NCBI GenBank assembly: GCA_051453625.1
Contig: JBOZIK010000001.1
Span: 49,955,277 to 49,994,260, forward strand
DNA: 38,984 nt
Direction of reading: 5' to 3'
Origin: Welwitschia mirabilis
Lineage: Eukaryota
The notes beneath the pieces are model-generated. The model searched no databases, had not been told where the DNA came from, and worked only from the letters and a program-made list of their open reading frames with translations. The translations under genes were made by a program, and so were the position numbers. This document shows positions 13,009 to 24,703 of this stretch, one piece after another. Each line of letters begins with the position of its first letter. The first letter of the stretch is position 1.

Positions 13009-13266
13009 ATTAGATCTACGAAAATGCCAATACTATCATTAGATCTACTAGCATCGCTAGTGTCCTAGGCAAATAGAAATCCATCTCCTCCTTCATAGAG
13101 GTTATCTAGCCTACTAATGACCTACAAAATCATAGTATAAAGGCCAATTATCAACAAATTAAGATTTAGTTAGCAATGATCATAATAAATTCATAAAATC
13201 ATTGTAAATAATTAAATGGTCATGCTAAACTAGTGTGAATTAAATGTCAATTTTTGCATGTTAACA
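13009..13266 (-). mobile_element. 5' end of the older minus-strand Athila-like LTR (continues at 2637 leftwards); duplicated at ~13825-14069
   Basis: The reverse complement starts TGTTAACATGCAAAAATTGACATTTA, matching the family LTR starts tgatagcatgtaaaaatttacattta (2638) and tgtttacatgtaaaaattaacattt (21611). No PPT upstream, so it is a 5' or solo LTR. Confidence 0.7.
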
Positions 13267-15639
13267 AGGAGAGATAATTATATGGGATTTTCTTAATTTA
13301 ATGAAATGCCTCCTCAGAATAGTTTTAGTCCATAAAATATCTTTTCTTACTAAGACTTCTATGCAAGATTTTACACAACCTAAAAATGACCTATATCTAG
13401 AAGTTAGAGCATAGACTAGAAAAGTGATTTTATAGTACTTGAGGATTATGCAAAAAACAATGCTTAAACTTCTTTTCCTTAATTTATATCTCATTTCTAT
13501 TTTTGAGTATTTTTAAATTACTTGTAAAGACTTTATCTTGGGTTATGATAATGTATTTTCTTGTGCAAATAATTTTTTTTATTTCACTTTCTTTATTATC
13601 TTATCACAGGCTTTTAAACTTAAACTTGCTATGTATGTTAGAGGATTTTAAATCTTATTATCAAATTGGTTTAAACATCCATCCCAAATTTGACAAAGTT
13701 TAAGATTTGTCAACACATATTCTTNNNNNNNNNNNNNNNNNNNNNNNNNNNNNNNNNNNNNNNNNNNNNNNNNNNNNNNNNNNNNNNNNNNNNNNNNNNN
13801 NNNNNNNNNNNNNNNNNNNNNNNNACACTATCATTAGATCTACTAGCATCGCTAGTGTCCTAGAAAAATAGAAGTTCATCTCCTTCTACACAGAGGTTCT
13901 TTAGCCTACTAATGACCTACAAAATCATAGTGTGGAGTCCAACTGTTAACAAATTGAAATTTAGTTAGCAATGATCATAATAAATTCATAAAACCATGTA
14001 AATGATCAAATGGTCATGCTAAACTAGTGTTAATTACTTAAATTAAATGTTAATTTTTGCATGTTAACAAGGAGATCTAATTAGATGGAATTTGCTTAAT
14101 TTTATAGGGTTCCTCCTCAGAATAGTTTTACTCCACAAAATACCTTTTTTTGCTGAGACTTCTATGCAAATCTTTAAACAACCTAAACACAACATATATC
14201 TAGAAGTTAGAGCATAGACAAGGAAAGTGGTTTTACAGTACTTGAGGATTATGCAAAAAATAATGCTTAAACTTATTTTTCTTAATTTATATCTCATTTC
14301 TATTTTTTGAGTATTTTTAAATTAATTTTAAAGACTTTATCTTTGATTATTATAATGTATTTCCTTATGCAAATAATTATTTTTTTGTTGCACTTTCTTT
14401 ATTATCTCATCATAGGCTTTTACTCTTAGACTTGATATGTATGTTAGAGGCTTTTAAAGCTTATTATCAAATCATTTTAGACATACACCCCAAATTTGAC
14501 AAAGTTTAAGATTTGAAAATACATATTCTTAATCAAACTTGTCACTCTACTAGTTTATATTTCAAAAAGTCTAGTACTATGCATTTAACTATTGGCTATA
14601 AAATTATTCTAATTACTAATAAACTATTAACTTTATTATGACATAAATATAACTATGGGTATCATTAGCAAGAGAGTGAAAACCTACTTTCCTTAATAAA
14701 AGAAATTAGTAAATATACAAAAAGTGTACATTCCATTATATGAAAAATTATGTGACATATGGAACTAACCATTTGTAATATGATTGTTCTACAAATTTAA
14801 TGGTGGAGACTATTTTAATGCTCTTGTAGTTAGAAAATATTAAAAAAAGTAATTTTCTTAACTTAGGTAACGTTTATTTTGGTACTCAAAATAATATTCT
14901 TGAAATTTGTTCAATTATTTGGCTTTAAATAATCCTTACTATGGGAAACAATCTTAAAAGACTACTTATAAAAGATGGAGGATGAAGAATTTCGGAGTCT
15001 CCTCTTGCATCTTTAAGTTCTTTAAACAAAATATTATACATATTTAATTTATTTTTATTTCTTTAAGTATACAAATTGTAAGCAATAAGCATCAATTAAA
15101 TGCATAGAGGGACATATGTTCTTAATTACTCATCTACATAAAGAAAGTTATTTTTTTAAAGAGATATTTACATGGGATAATTATTTTCTTATTAGTAGCA
15201 TTCTCTCATTCTAAGTAATAGATAAAATGAAGTTTATGTACATATTAGACTCAAACAAATTCTAATAAAGTATTTAAGCATATTCCCATTCAATTTCATT
15301 ACTCACTTAGTTACCCATTAAAATCAACAAATTTCAACAATATTACAGTATTGCAAGTGGAAATTTCAATACATACATGTCAAATATTGAATTTTTTTTA
15401 TTTAGTAGATAAATTGATTTTTTTAAAGATAGTTCATAAGATATCAAGCTATAATTCTTAGGGTGATAAGGTTTCTTAAATGGATGAAACTCTATGAGTG
15501 GCTCTTATTAGCCTTGAAAATAAATAACAAATAACTAAGTCTTAATTTCATAAATTATATGAGACAAATTTCATGGTATTAGTATTAAAATCCATGATCT
15601 TAGAGGGATGGAGGGGGTTTCAGACTTCAAAAAATTATT

Positions 15640-17020
15640 TTATTAAAAGCAAAACATATGAGCCCATATAAGCAAACTATAGATGAAAAAATCCACTAGT
15701 ACATAAGAAAATTATCTAAGAGCAATAATTTAAAAACACTAAAAACCAAAAATAGGAAACAATACAATAATGAAGAAGACTCAAGTCACTATTCCAAAAC
15801 TATATTAACTCCTTCTCATTTAGGTAAAGTTTTTCAATGAACGTTAAGTTGGAAAAGTTGCATTTAATAAGATCTCATATTTATTTTTCATTAAAACATT
15901 AAATTCATGTTTAATAAACTTAAAAATAACTCTATGTCAAAGCTCTTAAATGTTTTATAAACTAAATATTAAAGATAGATCTAGGTAAGAAAAGTAAGAT
16001 GAAAAAGCTTGGAAACATCTCTAGAAATAATATGTACAATGTTTGATTGGAAATTGTCATAATACTTGGAAGTTTAGTTTCATGCATTTTGAGAAATTAT
16101 ACAATGTAAAAAAAAATACTTGAATGAATTCTTGTATTAGAAAATGGAGATTTTAGAGAAGCAAATCCTAAATCCCATAAATAAATACCCATATGCAAGT
16201 GCCAATGATTTAAACACCATAGAAAAGGAAAATACTTGAAAACATTAAACATTTTAAATTTTTTTTACTTCTCTAGTTCAATAAATTAGGAGCCATACAA
16301 ACATTTTATATTTTATTCAGATTCTTATGAATCATTTATTTTTATTAATAATTTCATAAGTGGGTTTTACCTTGAATGAAAAATGAGTCCTTTCATTTGT
16401 TCAATAGATTTAATTCTACTTACTAAATATTATTAACCACTTCAAAGAATTTATTCAATTCCTCTATAAGGCTTTGAAAAGTTTTTTCTTGAGATTTTCT
16501 AGGACTATAATGATTAATTATTTTGTCCTAGTTAACTATCTTCTATGTAAAAGAAGATAAGAAATGATAGTAATTCCTAATTTGCTTTAAGTCAAACAAA
16601 ATCTAGGAAAATGAATAAATTATGTACCTTTATTAAATGTAAACCATTAAGTATTTAATTGTTGAATTATTAATTTTAAAACCTTAATGTACTTTTATTT
16701 TCAATAATCACTAATAAAACTCCAAGCCTTTCAAATTTGTTTAAAGCAAATCATCCTAAAATAGCAATAGCCTTAATGGAGGGAAAAAGTTAAAGAAACC
16801 ATTATTATGCTAGCTACTTAAAACTTTAATTTATATCGATTAACATTGTTTTTAAAAAGAATCTTCCAAGCATCATTACTTTTAAAACATTTTGTTATTC
16901 ATAAAGTGACTCTAGAAAAACCATTTCTACTTTGATTATTGAATTATAGAAAATAAAAAATGATTTTATCTCCTTTTTTTATTTGAAGAATTACTGGAAT
17001 CCTAAGAAGAAGAGTAATTT
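15640..17020 (-). mobile_element. Highly degenerate L1 LINE, 3' part of ORF2 (post-RT region plus zf-RVT zinc finger) and 3' UTR; partly duplicated at 17613-18400
   Basis: Minus-strand motifs in the expected order: LRIPV (~YLGIPL, ~17000), *KIFILGKGD..IYLCSL (~WK...LS.GGR...PIY.MS, in the 18200-18290 copy), MICFK/ERLGV (~VC.PK..GGLG, ~16730-16755), KYKMFVWLLI (~16285-16315), EFIQ..LHCIISQNA* (~ESI.HLFLHC.FS..VW, 16080-16131, 1-nt slip in a T run). AATAAA on the minus strand near 15640. Confidence 0.7.
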
Positions 17021-19021
17021 AGAAAATCTTAGATACTACCCATGCCATAGAATAAACTATCATTTAATAAAATTCACCAACCACCCTCTTCTTCCATTCA
17101 TCTCTAAATTTCTAAGACTTGATACCTGTGGTTGATGGCTCTTAATAAATAAACTATTAATACGTGATCACTTTATTAGAAAAAATTAAGTAGAATTTAA
17201 GTTTACTTGTATTTTTCAAGAAAAGGCTTTAATTTTTCAAGAAAAGGATTTAATTATTTTTTAAGTTATCTTGTGAAGGTTAGTTTCACTTAAGGTTTTT
17301 AAGTTCAGAAAATGTTGTTGAAAGAGGTGAAATCTACTTTTATATTTTATTTCATGTTCTCAAGCATTTTATGGGAATAGGATTTTTCTTGATTAGAAAA
17401 ATGAGTCAATGACCACTTACATGTGAGAAAAAATATAATATCTCTTCTTCAAGAGCACATTTTATTTTGATCAATTAATTAGGTTTAGTTAGCTGCATCG
17501 AGGATATGAACANNNNNNNNNNNNNNNNNNNNNNNNNNNNNNNNNNNNNNNNNNNNNNNNNNNNNNNNNNNNNNNNNNNNNNNNNNNNNNNNNNNNNNNN
17601 NNNNNNNNNNNNTTTATTCAGATTCTCATGAATCATTTATTTTTATTAATGATGTCATAAGTGAGTTTTACCTTGAATAAAAAATGAGTTATTTCATTTG
17701 TTCAATATATTTAGTTCTACTTTCTAAATATTATTATCCACTTCAAAGAATTTATCCAATTCCTCTATAAGGCTTTGGAAAGTTTTTTCTTGAGCTTTTC
17801 TAGGACTATAATGATTAATTACTTTTGTCTAAGTTAACTATCTTCCATGTAAAAGAAAATAAGAAATGGTAGTAATGCCTAATTTACTTTAAGTCAAACA
17901 AATTCTAGGAAAATGAATAACTTATATACTTTATTAAATGTAAGCCATTAAGGATTTAATTGTTGAATTATTAATTTTAAAACCTTAATGTACTTTTAGT
18001 TCCAATAATCACTAATAAAACTCCAAGCATTTTAAATTTGTTTAAAGCAAATCATCCTAAAATAGAAATAGACTTAATAAAGGAAAAAAGCTAAAAGAAA
18101 CCATTATTATGCTAGCTACTTAAAACTTTAACTTGTCTTAATTAACATTTTTTTAAAAAATAATATTTCAAGCATTATTACCTTCAAAACATTTTGTTAT
18201 TCATAAAGAGCATAAATAAATTTCTTATTTATGATAATTAATAACATTAAAATGTAAATCTCCTTTACCCAAGATGAATATTTTTCAAGTGACTCTAGAA
18301 AAACCATTTCTACTTTGATTATTGAATTATAGAAAATAGAAAATGATTTGATTGCCTTTTTTTATTTAAAGAAAAACTAGAATCCTAAGAAGAGTAGTAA
18401 TTTAGGAAATCTTAAATACTTCCCATGCCATAGAATAAACTATCATTTAATAAAAGTCACCAACCACCTTCTTCTTTCATTCATCTCTAAATTTGTAAGA
18501 CTTGATAACTCTAGTTGATGGCTCTTAATGAATAAAGTATTAATAAGTGATCACTTTATTACTACAAATGAGGTAGAATTTAACTTTACTTGTATTTTTC
18601 AAGAAAAGGCTTTGATTAGTTTTTAAGTTATCTTGATAAGATTAGTTTCATTTAAGGTCTTCAAGTTTAAAAAATATTTTTGAAAAGATGGAATTTACTT
18701 TTATATGTTGTTTCATGTTCTTAAGCATTTTATGGGAACAATATTTTTCTTAATTAGAATAATGAGTTAATGACCACTCATATGTGCATAAAAACATATT
18801 AAATATAAGAAGTAGGAATCAAAAGACAAAAAAATATAATATCTCTTCTCCAAGAGTACAATTTATTTTGGTAAATTAATTGGGTTTAGTTAACTGCATC
18901 GAGGCCATGACCGCTTGTTGATAATATAACTCTAATGATTTATTTAAGACATGTTTAATTACATTGGGTCTACAGGTACTGATTAGTAATGCAACATTAA
19001 CTTATTCATGAAACGACATGC

Positions 19022-20607
19022 TTAATTTTATTGGAAGAAGATGTTATAATATTAGATGCTTGATTTTATCTAAATGCTTAAAACAAAAAACATGAATGAT
19101 TGTGAGTAAGGTAAAAATTGGAAAGAAAAAAGGAGGGATATTGAGTTACTTTTATGATTATTTTCTTTTATTTGTNNNNNNNNNNNNNNNNNNNNNNNNN
19201 NNNNNNNNNNNNNNNNNNNNNNNNNNNNNNNNNNNNNNNNNNNNNNNNNNNNNNNNNNNNNNNNNNNNNNNNNNNNNNNNNNNNNNNNNNNNNNNNNNNN
19301 NNNNNNNNNNNNNNNNNNNNNNNNNNNNNNNNNNNNNNNNNNNNNNNNNNNNNNNNNNNNNNNNNNNNNNNNNNNNNNNNNNNNNNNNNNNNNNNNNNNN
19401 NNNNNNNNNNNNNNNNNNNNNNNNNNNNNNNNNNNNNNNNNNNNNNNNNNNNNNNNNNNNNNNNNNNNNNNNNNNNNNNNNNNNNNNNNNNNNNNNNNNN
19501 NNNNNNNNNNNNNNNNNNNNNNNNNNNNNNNNNNNNNNNNNNNNNGGAAAGGAAAAGGGGGAATCTTGAGTTACTTTTATGATTATTTTCTTTCACTTGT
19601 GAACTTGAAAATTTGCTTACTATTAATGTTATTGGAAGAAGATGTTATAACATTAGATGATTGATTTGATCTAAATGCTTAAAACAAAAAACATTAATGA
19701 TTGTAAGAAAGGTAAAAATTGGAAAGGAAAAGGGGGAATCTTGAGTTACTTTTATGATTATTTTCTTTCACTTGTGAACTTGAAAATTTGCTTACTANNN
19801 NNNNNNNNNNNNNNNNNNNNNNNNNNNNNNNNNNNNNNNNNNNNNNNNNNNNNNNNNNNNNNNNNNNNNNNNNNNNNNNNNNNNNNNNNNNNNNNNNNNN
19901 NNNNNNNNNNNNNNNNNNNNNNNNNNNNNNNNNNNNNNNNNNNNNNNNNNNNNNNNNNNNNNNNNNNNNNNNNNNNNNNNNNNNNNNNNNNNNNNNNNNN
20001 NNNNNNNNNNNNNNNNNNNNNNNNNNNNNNNNNNNNNNNNNNNNNNNNNNNNNNNNNNNNNNNNNNNNNNNNNNNNNNNNNNNNNNNNNNNNNNNNNNNN
20101 NNNNNNNNNNNNNNNNNNNNNNNNNNNNNNNNNNNNNNNNNNNNNNNNNNNNNNNNNNNNNNNNNNNNNNNNNNNNNNNNNNNNNNNNNNNNNNNNNNNN
20201 NNNNNNNNNNNNNNNNNNNNNNNNNNNNNNNNNNNNNNNNNNNNNNNNNNNNNNNNNNNNNNNNNNNNNNNNNNNNNNNNNNNNNNNNNNNNNNNNNNNN
20301 NNNNNNNNNNNNNNNNNNNNNNNNNNNNNNNNNNNNNNNNNNNNNNNNNNNNNNNNNNNNNNNNNNNNNNNNNNNNNNNNNNNNNNNNNNNNNNNNNNNN
20401 NNNNNNNNNNNNNNNNNNNNNNNNNNNNNNNNNNNNNNNNNNNNNNNNNNNNNNNNNNNNNNNNNNNNNNNNNNNNNNNNNNNNNNNNNNNNNNNNNNNN
20501 NNNNNNNNNNNNNNNNNNNNNNNNNNNNNNNNNNNNNNAAAGGAGGGATATTGAGTTACTTTTATGATTATTTTCTTTTATTTGTGAACTTAAAAATTTG
20601 CTTACTA
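19022..20607 (+). repeat. 175-bp tandem repeat array, mostly collapsed into N gaps
   Basis: ggaaaggaaaagggggaatcttgag recurs at 19546 and 19721 (period 175). Full unit 19623-19797; partial units 19022-19175, 19546-19622 and 20539-20607. Confidence 0.85.
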
Positions 20608-21610
20608 ATTTTTAGACTTTTGTAGATTTACTTAGAGGATATCTTATTTGTCTGGTATTGTGGTCTATTTGAATAAACATAAAATGCATAAAAATTTCAA
20701 TAAAGTGGTTACTATCCTAATAATCTTTGTATTCTATGTTCATAGATGTTTGGATTAGGTTTTATTTTCATTTTCATGTAGTTCAATTAAAAGATCCAAT
20801 CATAATGATTTTTTATCATGCAGTGCAAATTTTCATCCCACTTGCATTCTATTCATTCATAGCTGAATTTAGCTTGTAACATCAAAAATCGCTATTTTAG
20901 TTGCTACATCATATCATATAACTTTACTCATAGAATTCTAAGATAGCCAGTGAAACTGCTAGTCCTTCTTGATGCCACCATCTAATTTTTAGTTTTTACC
21001 TTCAAACTCTTCCATAACATCACCCATTTCATTCATAGTCTTCTTAAATTTTAAGTTTGTAATAAATTTTTTTAGAAAATGACTATAATCCATTTCTAAT
21101 TGTCACATTTAAGTTTCATTTTTACCTTCAATTACATTTTTCTCTTCTTTATAATAATCTTGATTTTTAGAATAAGTGATTGATTATTATTTCTAAGAGT
21201 GTTTTTATTTTTGCATTTTCTTATGTATTACATTGTACTATTTTTGAGTGTTTTTTACATGCCAGTTTAAAGTACTTACATTGTAGCTTTTTCTAAAGTT
21301 TTGAAATGCTTACATTAAAATTATTTTCTAGCTTAGACTATGAAAAGGCATGTAATGTAAATTTTCTTTTTAAAAATTTTGACTTATTCTTTAAATCATT
21401 TTTTTCTATCTTTTTAACTTTAAAAATAAAGTTTTTTTTTGATTAGGACGTATTCCTGATGTTGATGCCTTATTTGTTAAAAGTTGATTAAATTTTGAAA
21501 AATGTTAAATCATTTTGATATTAAATATTTTACTTAGATAATTTCTTCATGTTAATCATTTCTTTAATAATATTTTGCTAAGAGACTAGTAAAAATCTAG
21601 CTAAAAGGTG

Positions 21611-23870
21611 TGTTTACATGTAAAAATTAACATTTCAACCAAGTACATTTGATTAATTTATCAAAGGCAAAGACATTAAAATAGTTTTTATATCATAAAA
21701 TTATGTATTCTACACTTTTTACCATGAATTAAAAATTATTAACTTTACCTTAGCATTTTAAGGTTAATTGATACTTTCTGAAGGACATGTTGCAGTTTGA
21801 AGAAGATCCATCAGAAAACATTTATGTTGTCATTTAGATTACTANNNNNNNNNNNNNNNNNNNNNNNNNNNNNNNNNNNNNNNNNNNNNNNTATATTTAT
21901 GGAAAGTCTATTATATTCTTCTTACGGGCTTACTTTGATGTTAAATTAGAATAAGTTTTCAACTTCGATGACACATGGTAAAAGTGCAAGATAACATATT
22001 TTAATGACATGTGGTCATAATAAGCACAATGACATGGAGGACACATGACATAGTACCTAATGAAAATTGCATCATCATCAAAAGGCCATGTCATCATCTT
22101 TGTGACATATGAAAATAAGGAATTCTCCTTCTAGATACATGAAAAAATTTGCAACTCTTCCTAATGCAATCACCCAATAAGTATAACCCCCTTTATATAA
22201 ATATCCACCAACCACTACAAGAAAATGATTTCTAAGCCTTCCCTCATGTATAAAAGTGTCTTAGGCCCCTAGTGTAGTGAATCTTTATTTGAAAAAATGT
22301 GATGGAAATATTTGAAGTGTTAAGATGTTATGGCTTTCTAAGCACCTTCCTTGGGAGTGGACTTGATTCAAGGCTAGTTTGAGAAGTTTATTTTAACTAC
22401 ATCTTACTCTCTTGATGTAATGTATTTTCTAAATTAAGAGAAGAAATAGTTGTTCATGCTTTTATTTCTAGTGTGCATTAATATAATACTATTAATCCAT
22501 AAGTGAGACTCTTTCTTTTTTACAATATTTTATTAATTGTTCATTTTTTAGTTTCTAATGCATATTAACATGATACTATTAATCCTTAGATGATACTATA
22601 CTACCAAAATTTGTAGGATTATGTGAATTATCTAAAGTTGACTTTTCAGTTGTAGTTACTATTATGTTATAGATCTTAAGTATAATCATGCTTACTTTAA
22701 ATGTTCATAAAGGGCTATGAAGGATCAAAGTGATTATTGAATTAGCCAATACCCAAGTAGTGAATGAAATTATTTCATCATGCTTAAGCCATTATTACTT
22801 GATGATTGAANNNTATAACTACCTTTATATAACTATCCACCAACCACTACAAGCAAATGATTCATAAGCCTTCCCTCATCTATAAAAGTATCTTAGGCCC
22901 TCAGTATAGTGAATCCTTATTTGGAAAAATGTGATGGAAATATTTAAAGTATTAAGATGTCATGGCTTTCTAAGCACCTTCCTTGGGAGTGGACTTGATT
23001 TAAGGCTAGTTTGATAAGTTTATTTTAACATCTTACTCTCTTGATGTAATGTATTTTCTAAATTAATACAAGAAATAGTTGTTCATGCTTTTATTTCTAG
23101 TGTGCATTAATATGGTACTATTAATTCATAAGTGATACTCTTTCTTCTTGATAATATTTTAGTAATTGTTCATTCTTTGATTTCTAATGCATATTAACAT
23201 GATACTATTCATCCTTAGGTGAGATTATACTACCAATATCTATAGGATTAAGTGAATTATCTAAAGTTGACTTTGTAGTTGTAGTCACTATTATGTTATT
23301 GATCTTAAGGATAATCATACTTACTTTTAATCTTCATAAAGGGCTATGAAGGATCAAAGTGATTATTGAATTCACCAATACCCAGGAAGTGAATGAGATT
23401 ATTTTATCATACTCAAGCCAACATTACTTGATGATTTAAAGTTNNNNNNNNNNNNNNNNNNNNNNNNNNNNNNNNNNNNNNNNNNNNNNNNNNNNNNNNN
23501 NNNNNNNNNNNNNNNNNNNNNNNNNNNNNNNNNNNNNNNNNNNTTTAAAGTTTATATTTCAAGAATTATAAGAATCATAAGAGTTAAAAGGAGTTATTAG
23601 AAAAATCAAGCTAGACCTCTAAAGCATGTTCATCTGCATATGCACCAACCTTAGTTTAAAAAAAAAATCTCAAATCTTTGGATTTTTCTTTTGTTTAATT
23701 TCACTACAAGCTAGAAATTCTTATGTTACTTTTAATTAGTTTATCACAAATATCATTATGGAAGAATGATACTATGTCCTTACTACTTTATTTGATGTTT
23801 GCCTTTTACTACAATGAATAAGGTTATTTCATAGTTAATAACTACTGAGGGGTCTTACATAAAATGTTTT
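21611..23870 (+). repeat. 3' LTR of Athila-like element 2 (contains a ~630-bp duplication 22182-22810/22814-23441)
   Basis: TGTTTACATGTAAAAATT start after a PPT relic; shares blocks such as ttgatgtaatgtatt and gaatga.act with the element 1 LTRs; exact 3' end unclear. Confidence 0.65.
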
Positions 23871-24629
23871 ATGTGCATTTTTAAACTTATGAGGATGATC
23901 TGGTGAAAAATAAGATGTAAATACACATTTTTTTTAAACATAAGATTGCAGAAAGAGATAGGCAAAGACACCAAGAATGTAGCAGAAAGGGGATGTAGAA
24001 GTAGGAAACCAAAAATGAATATTAAAAGAAGAAAAAAGATCAAAGCTATAGAGAATAAAATGTCATCATAAGATAAAACTAAAGAATGATGAAATAAAAA
24101 AAGAAAGCATAAGAAGANNNNNNNNNNNNNNNNNNNNNNNNNNNNNNNNNNNNNNNNNNNNNNNNNNNNNNNNNNNNNNNNNNNNNNNNNNNNNNNNNNN
24201 NNNNNNNNNNNNNNNNNNNNNNNNNNNNNNNNNNNNNNNNNNNNNNNNNNNNNNNNNNNNNNNNNNNNNNNNNNNNNNNNNNNNNNNNNNNNNNNNNNNN
24301 NNNNNNNNNNNNNNNNNNNNNNNNNNNNNNNNNNNNNNNNNNNNNNNNNNNNNNNNNNNNNNNNNNNNNNNNNNNNNNNNNNNNNNNNNNNNNNNNNNNN
24401 NNNNNNNNNNNNNNNNNNNNNNNNNNNNNNNNNNNNNNNNNNNNNNNNNNNNNNNNNNNNNNNNNNNNNNNNNNNNNNNNNNNNNNNNNNNNNNNNNNNN
24501 NNNNNNNNNNNNNNNNNNNNNNNNNNNNNNNNNNNNNNNNNNNNNNNNNNNNNNNNNNNNNNNNNNNCTAAAGAGACACGAACTAAAACAAAGCTATAAT
24601 ACACAAAGACATCTCTATAAAAAAAAGAG

Positions 24630-24703
24630 TATCTCACAATCAAATTTAAGATCTTTAAAATTTTTTATTATCTCACAATCAAATTTAAGATCTTTAAAAT
24701 TTT
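24630..24703. repeat. 39-bp-period direct duplication
   Basis: tatctcacaatcaaatttaagatctttaaaatttt at 24630 and 24669. Confidence 0.9.

Larger units (their letters stand above)
17030..23870 (+). mobile_element. 5'-truncated second Athila-like element related to element 1 (3' internal region plus 3' LTR)
   Basis: 17060-17500 and 18440-19090 are collinear with 9750-10400. ttttgctaagagactagtaaaa (21573-21594) matches 11412-11433. The LTR start at 21611 matches 2638. The right boundary is approximate. Confidence 0.7.

Noticed and set aside
13261-14297. Two similar 77-aa minus-strand ORFs suggesting a conserved small gene pair
   Set aside because: Both lie in a gap-flanking duplication of TE-like DNA, the ORF crosses an LTR boundary, and many differences are non-synonymous.
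19022-20607. Regularly recurring repeats resembling a CRISPR array
   Set aside because: The whole 175-bp unit repeats, with no unique spacers and no cas genes, in a eukaryotic TE context.
22213-22279. 67-bp mini-CACTA-like unit (CACTACAAGAAAA...TGTAGTG, flanks aac/aat)
   Set aside because: It encloses the LTR's own TATA region, which aligns positionally with the TATA of element 1. It has no subterminal repeats and the duplicate copy has weaker ends, so it is likely chance.
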